A stretch of DNA of 64,000 nt, taken from positions 206,496-270,495 of the forward strand of contig CAVXAI010000008.1 in NCBI GenBank assembly GCA_963759645.1. Direction: 5' to 3'. The translations under genes and the position numbers were made by a program. Shown here piece after piece: positions 1 to 10,949 of this stretch. Positions within the stretch are counted from its first letter, which is position 1. Every line of letters starts with the position of its first letter. The notes under the pieces were generated by a model that made no database searches, was not told the origin of the DNA, and was given only the letters and a program-made list of their open reading frames with translations. The DNA is from an uncultured Acidimicrobiales bacterium (lineage in GTDB: Bacteria; Actinomycetota; Acidimicrobiia; Acidimicrobiales; DATKAS01).

Positions 1-582
1 CTCGGTGCGCTGCAACACCGACAGCACATCCCTCAGCGTGACGAGGTCTTCGACCTCGAGCGCGGAGAGCGCACCCGACACCGTGTCGAGCCGAGTCTTG
101 TAGCGCTCGAGCGCCTGCTGCGCTTGGTTCGCCCGGTTGAGCAGCCGAGGGATGTCCTCGAGCGGATGCTTGTCGCTGCGCATGTACACCGCGATGATCG
201 ACAAGTCCTCCGAGACGGAGATCACCGGTACAGCGATCGAGCGGGCCACTCGCTCGGCCGTGCGATGGCGGGTGCCGGTCTCGGACGTCGGGACGTTCGG
301 GTCAGGGACGAGGTGGACGTTGGCGCGGGCGATGCGACTCGCGTCTGACGCAAGGATGATCGCGCCGTCCATCTTTGCGAGCTCCGACAGGCGCTGCGGG
401 CTGAACGAGGCGTCGAGCAGGAAGCCACCCGAGCAGATGTTGAGCACCTCGGGGCCGTCGCCGACGACGATCAGCGCGCCCATCTTCGCCTTGAGGACGC
501 GGTCGAGCCCTTCGCGCAATGCGGTGCCGGGCGCCACGGCCCGGAGGGCCTTGACCAGGTCGGGGCTACGACGCTCCACCAC
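1..582 (-). CDS. disA: DNA integrity scanning protein DisA (diadenylate cyclase); N-terminal part only, the gene runs off the left window edge
   Basis: The minus-strand frame is open to position 1, with a GTG at 582 about 27 nt after the radA stop. The translation VVERRSPDLVKALRAVAPGTALREGLDRVLKAKMGALIVVGDGPEVLNICSGGFLLDASFSPQRLSELAKMDGAIILASDASRIARANVHLVPDP... is a DAC/DisA_N domain. The radA-disA order is conserved. Confidence 0.85.
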   Translation of the reverse strand, partial: MVERRSPDLVKALRAVAPGTALREGLDRVLKAKMGALIVVGDGPEVLNICSGGFLLDASFSPQRLSELAKMDGAIILASDASRIARANVHLVPDPNVPTSETGTRHRTAERVARSIAVPVISVSEDLSIIAVYMRSDKHPLEDIPRLLNRANQAQQALERYKTRLDTVSGALSALEVEDLVTLRDVLSVLQRTE

Positions 583-609
583 GGCGCGATCGTACCGGTG
601 ACGATGGGG

Positions 610-1985
610 TCACCCCGGCGGTGAGGTGGCGAACGCAGTGACGCCGAGGCCGACGCGCTCGAGCGCGTCGGTGACCGACGCGACGCGCACCACACCATGG
701 CCGTCGATCGAGGCGGGCGCTGACTGCGGCACGAGCAGCTGCTCGAACCCGAGCCGGCGGGCCTCGGCCACGCGGCGCGGTGTCTGCGCCACTTGACGGA
801 CTTCGCCGGCGAGGCCGATCTCGCCGCACGCGACGAGGTCGCTCGGGCAGCGCGCGACCCACGACCGCGGAGACGATCGCCAGCGCGATCGCGAGATCAG
901 AGCCGGGCTCGGTGACCCGAACGCCTCCGACGACAGAGACGTAGATGTCGAGCGACGACATCGGGATGTCGACCCGCTGCTCGAGCACCGCGGCGAGCAG
1001 GGAGAGGCGGCTGGCGTCGACGCCCTGCACCGACCTCCGGGGGCCGCCCGCACCGGCCGGCACCACGAGCGCCTGCACCTCGACGAGCAAGGGCCGGTGC
1101 CCTTCGAGCGCCGGCACGACGATCGAGCCGGGCATGCCGCCCCGACGGTCGGCAAGAAACAGCGAGCTCGGGTCGGGGACACCGATCAGGCCCTGCTCGC
1201 CCATCTCGAACAGGCCGAGCTCGTCGGTGGATGCGAAGCGGTGCTTCACGGCGCGGAGCAGCCGGAGGGCGTGGTGCCGGTCGCCGCCGAACGAGAGCAC
1301 CGTGTCGACGGCGTGCTCGAGGACGCGGTGGGCCGGCCAGACCGCCCTCCTTGGTGACGTGGCCCACGAGCAGCGTCGCCACGCGGCGCTGTTTCGTGGC
1401 CTCGATGAGAACCTGCGCGCATCCGCGCACCTGGGTGACCGTGCCCGGCGGCGAGCTGACCTCGGGATCGTGGGCGGTCTGGATCGAGTCGACGATCAGC
1501 AGGTCAGGGTCGACCTCGTCGAGCAACGCGGCAACCGCGCGGACGTCGGTCTCGGTCGACAGCCACAGGTTCTCGACGAGCGCGCCGATGCGCGCGGCGC
1601 GGCCTTGCACCTGGGCGGCGGACTCCTCGCCGGTGACGTAGAGGCAGCGCGCGCCGTCGCTCGCGAGCGACGCGGCGGCCTGTAGCAGGAGCGTGGACTT
1701 GCCGACGCCGGGTTCGCCCCCGACGAGCGTGACCGACCCCGCGACGAGCCCGCCGCCGAGCACTCGGTCGAGCTCGGCGATGCCGGTGGCCCGGGGATGC
1801 CACTGCCGCGGATCGACGCGAGTGATCGGCACGGGTGGCGCGCTCCTTGCTGGCGGCGCTGCACGGGTCGGCTCGACCTCTTCGATCAGCGTGTTCCAGG
1901 CACCGCAACCGGGGCAGCGGCCGGTCCACTGCGGGGACCTCGTTCCGCACTCGCTGCAGCAGTGAGAGGTGCGTTGTCGACCCAT
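610..1985 (-). pseudogene. radA: DNA repair protein RadA, reading frame broken twice
   Basis: It has an N-terminal zinc ribbon (CSECGTRSPQWTGRCPGCGAWNT), Walker A (GEPGVGKST), VKHRFAS (KNRFG-like) and a Lon-like C-terminus ending VTAFATSPPG. The protein is spread over ORFs 897..1985, 566..1300 and 610..1182, with frame breaks near 1327 and near 850. Confidence 0.9.
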
Positions 1986-2042
1986 GAGCGGAAGGTACGA
2001 GGGGGGTGGGACATTCCTCGACGTTGCGCCACCAGGTGCGGC

Positions 2043-3962
2043 TCAGCCGGCCGACGTCTCCGTCACGAGGTTCGACGATCGCTGTGCTCGCACGAGCGTG
2101 TGGTACAGCTCGGAGTACAGGCCACCCAGCGCGATCAGGTCCTCGTGGCTGCCCCGCTGGACGATGCGGCCTTCGTCGAGGACCAGGATCTCGTCGGCGT
2201 TCGTGATCGTCGACAGCCGGTGCGCGATCACGATCGACGTGCGGTCGCGCAGGGCGACATCGAGCGCAGCCTGCACCAGGGCCTCGTTCTCGGAGTCGAG
2301 GTGGCTGGTCGCCTCGTCGAGGATCACGATCGCCGGGTTCTTCAGCAGCATCCGCGCGATCGCCAAGCGCTGCTTCTCGCCTCCCGATAGCCGATACCCG
2401 CGCTCGCCCACCAAGGTGTCGTAGCCCTCGGGCAGCGCGGCGACGACCTCGTGGATCTGCGCGGCTCGACACGCCGCCTCGAGGTCCTCCTGCGTCGCGC
2501 CCGGACGGGCGTAGCGCAAGTTGCTCGCGACCGACTCATGGAACAGGTGGGGGTCCTGCACGACGATGCCGATCGCCGAACGGAGCGACTGCTGGGTGAG
2601 GTCGCGGACGTCGTACCCGTCGATGCGGACGGCTCCGCTCGTCACGTCGTAGAGCCGAGGGACCAGCGATGCCAGTGTCGTCTTCCCCGCCCCCGAGGGC
2701 CCGACGAGGGCGATGAGCCGGCCCGGCTCGATGAGTGCGGACACGTCGTGCAGCACCTCGACACCTGGTGTGCTGTCGAGAGACGGCGTCGCGCCGTCGC
2801 CCTGTCCGTTCGCGAGCTCGAGGCTGGCGACGGAGAACGCTGAGCCTGCCGGATAGGTGAAGCTCACGTGGTCGAACTCGACCCGCCCGACCGGCGCCGG
2901 GAGGTCGATGGCACCGGGCGAGTCCTCGAGCGGGTTCGGCGCGTCGAGCACCTCGAAGACCCGCTCGAACGACACGAGCGCCGTCATGACGTCGACGCGC
3001 GCGTTCGTCAGGCTCGTCAGCGGGCCGTAGACACGCCCGACGTACGCAGCGAGCGCGACAAGCGTGCCGATCGTGATCGTGCCCGAGATCACCATCTGCG
3101 CTCCGAGGCCGTACACCACCGCTGTGCCCACCGCGGCGACGAGCCCGAGCGCCACGAAGAAGACGCGGCCGTACATCGCACCCTTCACGCCGATGTCGCG
3201 CACCCGGCTGGCGCGTCCGGAGAAGGAGGCGGCCTCCGCGTCGGCGTCGCCGTAGAGCTTGACCAACATCGCCCCGCTGACGTTGAACCGCTCGGTCATC
3301 GTCGTATTCATTGACGCGTTCAGGTTCATCTGCTCGCGGCTGATCTGCTGGAGGCGACGACCGACGCGCTTCGCCGGGACGACGAACAGGGGCAACACGA
3401 GCAGGGCGATCAGGGTGAGCCTCCACTCGAGCGCGAGCATCGCGATGAGCGTGAGCGTCAGCGTGATGACGTTCGACACGACCGTGCCGAGCGTGCCCGT
3501 GACCGCGCTCTGCGCGCCGATCACGTCGTTGTTCAGCCGGCTGATCAACGCGCCGGTCTGCGTGCGGGTGAAGAACGCGATGGGTTGCCGCTGCACTCGG
3601 TCGAAGAGCGCGGCGCGCAGCTCGTAGATCAGGCCCTCACCGATGCGGGCCGACCACCAGCGTTGGGCGATCGAGAGCAGCGCGTCACCGAATGCCGCGA
3701 TCACCGTGAGCCCCGCCAGGATCCAGACCTGCGTGCGGTCGCCGGAGGGAATGGCGTCGTCGAGCATCGAGCGCAGCAAGAGCGGCGGAGCCAGGATCAA
3801 CAGCGAGTCCAGGACGATCGTCACGAGGAAGCCGACGATCATCACGCGGTAGGGCCGCGCGAAGGTCCATGCGCGCCGCAAGATCTGCGTATCGACCTTC
3901 GCACCCTCGACGCTCTCGGGGTCATGGCCGAGCATCCCGTGGGGACCACCCATCATTCGCAC
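2043..3962 (-). CDS. ABC transporter, fused permease/ATP-binding protein (MsbA/multidrug-exporter type)
   Basis: Intact 639-aa ORF. The N-terminal half is a multi-TM ABC membrane domain. The C-terminal NBD carries Walker [10 protein letters not shown], signature LSGGEKQR and Walker [11 protein letters not shown]. Confidence 0.85.
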   Translation of the reverse strand: MRMMGGPHGMLGHDPESVEGAKVDTQILRRAWTFARPYRVMIVGFLVTIVLDSLLILAPPLLLRSMLDDAIPSGDRTQVWILAGLTVIAAFGDALLSIAQRWWSARIGEGLIYELRAALFDRVQRQPIAFFTRTQTGALISRLNNDVIGAQSAVTGTLGTVVSNVITLTLTLIAMLALEWRLTLIALLVLPLFVVPAKRVGRRLQQISREQMNLNASMNTTMTERFNVSGAMLVKLYGDADAEAASFSGRASRVRDIGVKGAMYGRVFFVALGLVAAVGTAVVYGLGAQMVISGTITIGTLVALAAYVGRVYGPLTSLTNARVDVMTALVSFERVFEVLDAPNPLEDSPGAIDLPAPVGRVEFDHVSFTYPAGSAFSVASLELANGQGDGATPSLDSTPGVEVLHDVSALIEPGRLIALVGPSGAGKTTLASLVPRLYDVTSGAVRIDGYDVRDLTQQSLRSAIGIVVQDPHLFHESVASNLRYARPGATQEDLEAACRAAQIHEVVAALPEGYDTLVGERGYRLSGGEKQRLAIARMLLKNPAIVILDEATSHLDSENEALVQAALDVALRDRTSIVIAHRLSTITNADEILVLDEGRIVQRGSHEDLIALGGLYSELYHTLVRAQRSSNLVTETSAG

Positions 3963-4020
3963 TGCTTGCGAGGCTACGGGTCGCGCGTGCGGGCTCCACG
4001 CCCGCCCCTACCATCGCTGG

Positions 4021-5503
4021 GTGCGCCGGCTCGTCGCTTTCGTCGTCGTCGCGGTGCTCCTCGCCGCGGCGTGCGGCGACGACGATGGTGCTGACGGCGC
4101 CGCGACCTCGGTGGGTTCAGCGACGACCTCCGAGGGACAGCTCGAGTGGATCGAGTGCCCGGATGCTGGCGACGACGTCGAGTGTGCGACGCTCGCCGTC
4201 CCTCGCGACTACGACGAGCCCGACGGCGAGACAATCGACCTCGCGCTGATGCGCGATCGCGCAGGCGACGACGGCGATCGCATCGGGTCGCTGCTCGTCA
4301 ACCCGGGGGGCCCGGGCGTCCCGGGCACCGACCTCGTACCTGCCGCAGACCTCATCTGGCCGAGCGAGATCCGCGATCGGTTCGACATCGTCGGGTGGGA
4401 CCCACGGGGCACCGGTGGCAGTGCGCCCGTCGACTGCGTCGATGACGTCGACCGCTACTTCGCCGAGCCCGACCCATCACCCGACGACGACGCCGAGAAC
4501 AAGGTGCTGCGTGGACCGGGCGCAGGAGTTCGACGATGCCTGCGAGGAGGCCGCGGGCGACCTGCTCGGCCAGATCTCGACGGTCGACACCGCCAACGAC
4601 CTCGACCGCATCCGCATCGCGCTCGGCGAGAACACGATCTCGTACATGGGCTTCTCGTACGGAAGTGAGCTCGGCGCCACATACGCCACGCTCTTCCCCG
4701 AGAACATCCGGGCGATGGTGCTCGACGGCGCGATCGATCCCGATCTCGACAGTGTCGAGACGGCGCGTGCGCAAGCGATCGGGACCGAGCACGCCCTCGA
4801 CGCGTTCCTCGCCGACTGCTCGTCGCACAGCACGTGCGCGTTCCACAACAACGGCGATGCCGAGGGCGCGTACGACGCTCTCATCGCGGGGCTCGACACC
4901 GATCCGCTTCCTCCGCCCGAGAGCGGCCGGCCCGAGGTCGGTCAGGGAGTTGCCCTCAACGCCGTGATCCAGGCGCTGTACAGCACTGACTTCTGGCCTG
5001 CGCTCGCCGAGGCGCTGGATGACGCGCAGCACGGTGACGGCGACGGCCTCCTCGCGCTGAGTGACACGTACCTCGAACGGGATGACGACGGCACGTGGAC
5101 CAACACGATCGAGGCGTTCATCGCGATCAGCTGCCTCGACGATCCCGCGCCGCGCGACCTCGACGCCTACGCCGAACTTGCCGACGAGTTCGAACAGGTC
5201 GCGCCTCGTCTCGGACGCTCGTTCGCGTCGGGCTACTACTGCGCGCTCTGGCCGGTCGAGTCCCAGCCCGGTCCTTCCGTCGACGGAGCGGGCGCGCCGC
5301 CGATCATCGTCGCCGGCACGACGGGCGACCCGTACACCCCGCTCGAGCAGACCGCGGCACTCGCGGACGCGCTCGCGACCGGAGTGCTCTTGGTGCGGGA
5401 GGGCGAAGGGCACACGGGCTACGGCGAGGGCAGCTGCATCGACGACCTCATCGACGACTACCTCATCGACCTCACCGTCCCCGAAGACGGCACCCGCTGC
5501 TGA
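4021..5503 (+). pseudogene. Secreted/lipoprotein alpha/beta-hydrolase, S33 tripeptidyl-aminopeptidase-like; one frame break
   Basis: It has a signal peptide plus lipobox (MRRLVAFVVVAVLLAAAC), NPGGPGVPG, and the GxSxG nucleophile GFSYGS. The protein continues from ORF 4021..4668 into ORF 4415..5503, with the break around 4490-4510. Confidence 0.75.
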
Positions 5504-5568
5504 CCCCGCCGAGAGCGAGTGGGCGCCAGCGGGACTATGCGTCCGGCTGGTGACCACTCGGTCGGGGA

Positions 5569-6765
5569 CTAGGGGGTGAGGGCGGCGGCGAAGCGGCGAA
5601 CGCCTTCGTCGAGCTCGTCAGGCGTCGCGGTGGCGAAGCTGAGACGCAGCGTCGAGCGGTCGGGCGGACCCGAGTAGAACGGCTCGCCCGGCACGAACGC
5701 CATGCCCTGCTCGACGGCACGCGGCAACAGGTCGACGGCGGACTGCCCGTCAGTGAGGCGCCCCCACAGGAACATGCCTCCGTCGGGCTTGTCGAACGCG
5801 AACCGCTCGCCGACACGAGCGGCGAGCGAGTCCTCCAACGCGCGAGCGCGGGTGCCGTACACGCGCACGAGCGCCTCGATGTGATCGGACAACCACCCTC
5901 GTTCCGCGACCAGTGCGGTGAGGAGCACTTGACCCCAGCTCGACGTGTGCAGGTCCGCGCCCTGCTTCACCTTGGCGAGATGCTCACGTGCCCACGTCGG
6001 CGCGACGGCGTAGCCGACCCGCAGCCCCGGCACGACGAGCTTCGAGAACGTGCCCAGCGAGATCACGTTGTCGGACCACGTCGCGATCGACGGCAGCTGT
6101 TCGCCGGCGAAGCGCAACGCCCAGTACGGGTCGTCCTCGACGACGACGAACCCGTACTGCTCGGCGAGCTCGGCCAGATGCATCCGTCGTTCCAACGCGA
6201 GCGTCGCGCCCGTCGGGTTCTGGAAGTTGACGACCGTGTAGACGAGGCGAGGCCGGTGCCCCGCCGCGAGCAAGTCGGCGAGCGCGCTCACCACGAGCCC
6301 GTGCTCGTCGACCGGCACCGGCAGCAGCGTGGGCTCGAACACCTGCAGCGCCTGGATCGCTCCGATGTAGCCGGGCTCGTCGATCGCGACCTCGACACCC
6401 GGCTCGACGAAGACCTTCGAGACGAGGTCGAGCGCCTGCTGCGAGCCGTGCGTGACGAGCACCTGGTCCGGGCTCACCTCACGCCCCCGACTGGCCGCGG
6501 CTTGCTCGGCGATCCAGACGCGTAGCTCCGGGAAGCCCTCGGTGGTCGAGTACTGCAGCAGCGAGGTGGGGTCGTCGCGCAGCAGTCGTTCGGTCACCGC
6601 GCGGATCTCGTCGACGGGGAACGCGTCGGCTGCGGGAAGTCCGCCCGCCATCGAGATCACATCGGGGCGCTGCGTGACCGCGAGCAGATCGCGAATGGCG
6701 TTGGAGCGCAGCTTGCCGATGCGACCGGCGAGCGGAACCGGCGAGGGGACGTCGTCCATCGCCAC
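5569..6765 (-). CDS. PLP-dependent aminotransferase (class I/II fold, 2-aminoadipate/aromatic aminotransferase-like)
   Basis: Intact 398-aa ORF. The PLP-lysine context is SLGTFSKLVVPGLRVGYAVAP, with the typical NFQNPTG motif. Confidence 0.8.
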   Translation of the reverse strand: MAMDDVPSPVPLAGRIGKLRSNAIRDLLAVTQRPDVISMAGGLPAADAFPVDEIRAVTERLLRDDPTSLLQYSTTEGFPELRVWIAEQAAASRGREVSPDQVLVTHGSQQALDLVSKVFVEPGVEVAIDEPGYIGAIQALQVFEPTLLPVPVDEHGLVVSALADLLAAGHRPRLVYTVVNFQNPTGATLALERRMHLAELAEQYGFVVVEDDPYWALRFAGEQLPSIATWSDNVISLGTFSKLVVPGLRVGYAVAPTWAREHLAKVKQGADLHTSSWGQVLLTALVAERGWLSDHIEALVRVYGTRARALEDSLAARVGERFAFDKPDGGMFLWGRLTDGQSAVDLLPRAVEQGMAFVPGEPFYSGPPDRSTLRLSFATATPDELDEGVRRFAAALTP

Positions 6766-6857
6766 AGGATCACACGGACAACGACGTGACGGAGCAAGAA
6801 ACCGCTGGCCGAGGTCGCCCAGGGCCCTCCCCAGGCGACCTCACCAGCCTCTGGGCA

Positions 6858-8546
6858 TCACCGAGTCGCGAGCCCCCCAGCACGCGCTGCATCGATGTAG
6901 CCCTCGGTCTTGTCCCACGCCACTCCGCCCCCGACGAGCACCGTGTCCATCCCGACCGACCGGCGGATCCAGCGGATGCCATCGCCCGGGAAGTCGTCGG
7001 ACGCCACCTCGGGCCCACGGTCGAGCGTGTCGGCGTCGAACACCGCGACGTCGGCGATGTACCCCTCCTTCAGGAGGCCTCGCTCGGGCAGGTCCCAGAT
7101 CGTGCACGGATCGGACGGTGATCTTCTTCACCGCTTCCTCGAGTCGGAGCGAGCCGGTGTCGCGCACGTACCGCGACATCGAGATACCCGGTGTCGCCGT
7201 ACGTGGCGAACGAGCCGACGTGCGCGCCGCCGTCACTCGCGCCGACATGCACGTACGGATGGGCCAGCAGCCCGCCGACGGCATCAGCGTCGTTGTGCCC
7301 GATGTCGGGGCGCATGAACCAAGTGCCGAGGTCCTCCTCGACCGCGAGGTCGACGAGCAGATCGGCCGGGGTGCCCCCGCGCTCCTCCGCGATCTCGCCC
7401 AAGCGTGCGCCCGACCAGGTCACGGTTCTTGTCGAGCGCGACGTCGCGCACCAGGAAGCCGTTGGGGTTCAGACCCGAGTTCGGGATCGACCCGAGCATG
7501 TTGATGCCGCCAACCAGCGCCTCGCGGGTCTTCGGGTCGGCGAACGCGGCGATCTTGTCTTCCTTCGTGGCGAGGGAGAGGACCTGCCACCACCCGGGGA
7601 TGACGAGGAACATGATGCTGCGCTGATCGAGCGTCCAGCTGATGTCGATCGGCCGGGTCTGCACCTGCGGCCACACCCGCGCACCCGCGGCCCACTCCCG
7701 CTCAACCGCTTCCATCACCGTGTTGCACGCCTGCGGCGCGGCGGCGCTGTGGAAGAGCGGCGACAGCGTCGTCGGGATGCCGTACTCGCGCGACAGGCGA
7801 CCGAGCATCTCGACGCGCGACACCGTGAGACCGGCGTCGAAGAACTCGTGGACGATCTGCAGCATGCGCCCGCGCTCGCCGAGCACCGCGCACAAGCGCT
7901 TCGATCTCGCTGTGCTCGGCCCACCGGCACGGCACCGGCTGGAAGTCCTCCTCGATGTCGACGTAGCTCGTCGACATGCCGACCGCACCAGCGTCGATGC
8001 ACTCGCGGAGCAGGTCGCACATCGCGGCGACCTCCTCGGACGTGGACGGACGGCGGACGTCGTCGCCGAGCACGGCCATGCGCAGCACGGAGTGCCCGAC
8101 CAGCGGCGCGAGGTTCAGCGCGAGGTTTCCCTTCAGCGCATCGACCATCCCGCCGAACGACTCCCCCCAGCGCCAGTCGACGCCCTTCGCGAACGCCGCC
8201 TCGGGCATCTCCTCGATGAGACGGAACATCCGCGAGAAGCGATCGCGATGATCGGCGCGCACCGGCGCGAGGCTCAGCGAGCAGTTGCCGGTGACCACCG
8301 TCGTGATGCCGTGCTCGATCGCCGGGAACGCGTACGGGTCGAAGCACAGCTGCGCGTCGTAGTGCGTGTGCGGGTCGACGAAGCCCGGCGTGACGACCTT
8401 CCCGCTCGCGTCGATGACCTTGCCGCGTCGGCGAGCGGCCGGCCGACCGACACGATGCGGTCTCCCTTGATGCCGACGTCGCCGAGGTAGCCGGGCAGTC
8501 CCGAGCCGTCGACGATCTTGCCGCCGCGGATGATCACATCCAGCAT
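6858..8546 (-). pseudogene. N-acyl-D-amino-acid deacylase (D-aminoacylase) family amidohydrolase, about 5 frame breaks
   Basis: The N-terminus is [35 protein letters not shown], followed by [16 protein letters not shown] (metal-binding HxH). The chain continues ...MSTSYVDIEEDF..., ...GASDGGAHVGSFATYGDTGYL..., ...GYIADVAVFDADTL.... These pieces lie in ORFs 8274..8582, 7702..8298, 7284..7988, 7070..7423, 6841..7284 and 6858..7043. Confidence 0.8.
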
Positions 8547-8565
8547 CACAGTGCTCCCGATCTCG

Positions 8566-8994
8566 TCAGGGTCGATCAACACGGTCCACGGCTGTCCGTG
8601 GAGATCCTCGAGGCAAGTCGACGCCCGCGACGTCGAGCGCGCGGGCCATCGCCTCCTCGGTGACGCTCAGCTGCGTGCGCGCGCCGTTCGGGTAGGCGAG
8701 CTCGAGCACGATCTCGGCGCGGCCGTCGTGGCCCGCGGCAGCGCGGTGCGCGGCGATCACCGGGTGCTCCGAGTCGTCACGGCCTTCACGCGACGCGGAG
8801 GCTCCACGTAGACGATGTCGGTACACAGCAGCTCGCCGGGACCGCCGATCGGGAACGGGCCTCATCGCGAGATGCAGGTTCCAGGACAGCAGCAGCTGCG
8901 CGCCGTCGTCGACGTCGGGGAGCACGCGCTTGGCGATGAGGCCGAGTGTGTCGCCGGGCTCGGGGAAGACATAGCGACGAGCGGCGATGCGCAT
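8566..8994 (-). pseudogene. Small hypothetical protein(s); the N-terminal part is LysM-like; the frame is probably disrupted
   Basis: The ATG at 8994 overlaps the upstream stop (ATGA). MRIAARRYVFPEPGDTLGLIAKRVLPDVDDGAQLLLSWNLHL resembles a LysM/tail-X-type motif. An alternative frame then reads GPFPIGGPGELLCTDIVYVEPP. The 3' part ([29 protein letters not shown]) is unassigned. Confidence 0.35.
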
Positions 8995-10211
8995 CAGGCA
9001 TCGATCTTGAACAGCTCTCGGCAGTTGTCGCCGAGGAACTTGCGCCGGGTCTCGTCGGGGAACATGCCCGCGAGCTCGTCGAGGTCGTGGATGTACTCGG
9101 GCGTGTGATCGGCGTGCGGGAAGTCGGACGCCCACATGAAGCGATCCGCGCCGAACAGCTCGGCCATCGCCGGGATCGACCGCTCGTCGGGATCGCAGCT
9201 GATCCAGCACCGCTCCGGAAGTAGTACGACGGCGGGTTCTCGAGCGGCACACGCTGGCCGATCGCGGTGTGGCCGTAGATGCCGTCCATGCGGTCGAGCC
9301 AGTAGCCGATCCAGCCGCCGCCCGACTCGAGCACGAGGATCTTCAACCGCGGGAAGCGGTCGAAGACGCCGTAGTCGAAGAGCGTCGTGAACTGATGCCG
9401 CACGCCGTCGGCCGCCTGGACCGACGCGGTGAGCCGCAGCTCGCGCACGTTCTCCCACGCGCCCATCCGCGCTGCCCTTCGTCCACTGCGGCTCGAACGT
9501 CGGGTGGATGGCGAACGGGATGTCGTGGTCTTGCGCGGCCGCGAACACGACGTCGTGGTCGCGGATGGCCGAGCGGCTTGGCGCGTGTGCGTGAACGGTG
9601 CGACGTACACGCCGCGCGCGCCCTCACCCACCGCTCGCTCCAGCTCCTCGGCCGCGGCCTGCGGGATCGCCGAGCGACAGGTGCGCCGTCGGGATCAGAC
9701 GGCCGCCGCTGTCGGAGCACCACTCGCAGATCCACCGGTTGTACGCGCGGGTGTAGGCCTGCGAGAGCTCGGCATCTTGCAGCTCGGCCTCCCACAGCAA
9801 GCCGGTCGTCGTGTAGATCACCGCGGCGTCGATGTGCTCGGCGTCGAGCACCTGCAACCGCTCCTTCGGGTCCTGGGAGCCGAACGGCCGCGTGGTTGTC
9901 GTAGGTGACCTCGGGATCGCGGGCCATCGCGCCGAGATCGAGCCGCCCCATGGCCGCCAGCGTCGAGGGCATGCCCCGCCGCGCCATCATCGAGCGGCTT
10001 GCCGTCGATCTCGAGCTCGTCGAGACCGTTCTCGTCCTTCGACGATCCGCAGCGCCCGGTCGCGGTACTTCGGCTCGATGTAGCGCTCCCACAGGTCGGA
10101 GGGCTCGAGGATGTGCCCGTCGGCGTCCACGGCGCCGTCCCACGACAATCGATGCGTCTCGTGCAACGAGGCTCCGCTCTTCCGGCGTCTCTCGGCGTTC
10201 ACGACTATCAC
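8994..10211 (-). pseudogene. Amidohydrolase-2 (ACMSD/metal-dependent hydrolase, PF04909-like) family protein, at least 5 frame breaks
   Basis: Fragments are DADGHILEPSDLWERYIEPKYRDRAL (N-terminal metal site), VLDAEHIDAAVIYTT, RGVYVAPF, DIPFAIHPTF, FPRLKILVLESGGGWIGYWLDRMD and FMWASDFPHADHT...ELFKIDA. They alternate between ORFs 9987..10211, 9624..9857, 8786..9631 and 8994..9548. Confidence 0.7.
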
Positions 10212-10287
10212 AGTGACCCGACACCGATGTCAACTTCGCTCGCGCGTGACCTGCGCAGGGCTGTGATTTCCATGAATTCTCCGGCTT

Positions 10288-10301
10288 CGACACGAGTGTC
10301 G
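10288..10301. promoter_or_regulatory. Candidate TetR operator: inverted repeat CGACAC-GA-GTGTCG in the divergent intergenic region
   Basis: The element was seen directly in the sequence. A related GACACCGATGTC lies at 10220..10231, and CCCGACAC (10217..10224) is the reverse complement of GTGTCGGG (10296..10303). It lies 25 bp upstream of the tetR ATG. Confidence 0.35.
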
Positions 10302-10325
10302 GGTTCTGCCAGACTCCGCTCGCTC

Positions 10326-10949
10326 ATGGCGACAGAACGCACGACGACGGCCCGGACTCCGCGGGGCGAGGAGACGCGCCGGGCGCTGCTCGACGCCGCC
10401 GCCCGACTGTTCGCCGAGCACGGCTACCACGCCACCAGCGTCCCCGACATCGTGAAGGCAGCCGGCGTCGGCCACGGCACGTTCTACGAGTACTTCGGCA
10501 GCCGCCACCAGATCCTGCTCGCGCTCACGCAACAGGCCGCGGCCTCGCAGCAACGCCGACCGACGCTCACGAGCCCGACCCTCGCGGAGCGCATCCGGTC
10601 CGAGATCTTCTGGTACCTGTCCGACCACGTGGAGCACCTCACGCTGTCGAAGGTCTGGCACGAGGCGGCGAGCTTCGACGAGGAGATCGCCGCCGCCCGC
10701 CGCGTCGAGCGGGCCCGGCGGGTGGAGCGGGTCCGGAAGGGCATCGAGGCGACCGGCCCGCGGCCCGGCATCGACCCCGCGATCGCCGCGACCGCGCTCA
10801 CCGCGATGCTCGAGGAGTTCGCGCACCGGTGGTTCGTCGACGGCGCCGGCCCGGGTACGAGCGCGGCGGACGTGGTCGCGGCATCAGAGACGCTCGACGA
10901 CGATGTGGCTCGCGCGATCGGTGTCGACGGCGACAAGGGGGACACATGA
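10326..10949 (+). CDS. TetR/AcrR family transcriptional regulator
   Basis: Intact. The N-terminal HTH reads RRALLDAAARLFAEHGYHATSVPDIVKAAGVGHGTFYEYFGSRHQIL. Its stop overlaps the next start (ATGA at 10946..10949). Confidence 0.85.
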   Translation: MATERTTTARTPRGEETRRALLDAAARLFAEHGYHATSVPDIVKAAGVGHGTFYEYFGSRHQILLALTQQAAASQQRRPTLTSPTLAERIRSEIFWYLSDHVEHLTLSKVWHEAASFDEEIAAARRVERARRVERVRKGIEATGPRPGIDPAIAATALTAMLEEFAHRWFVDGAGPGTSAADVVAASETLDDDVARAIGVDGDKGDT

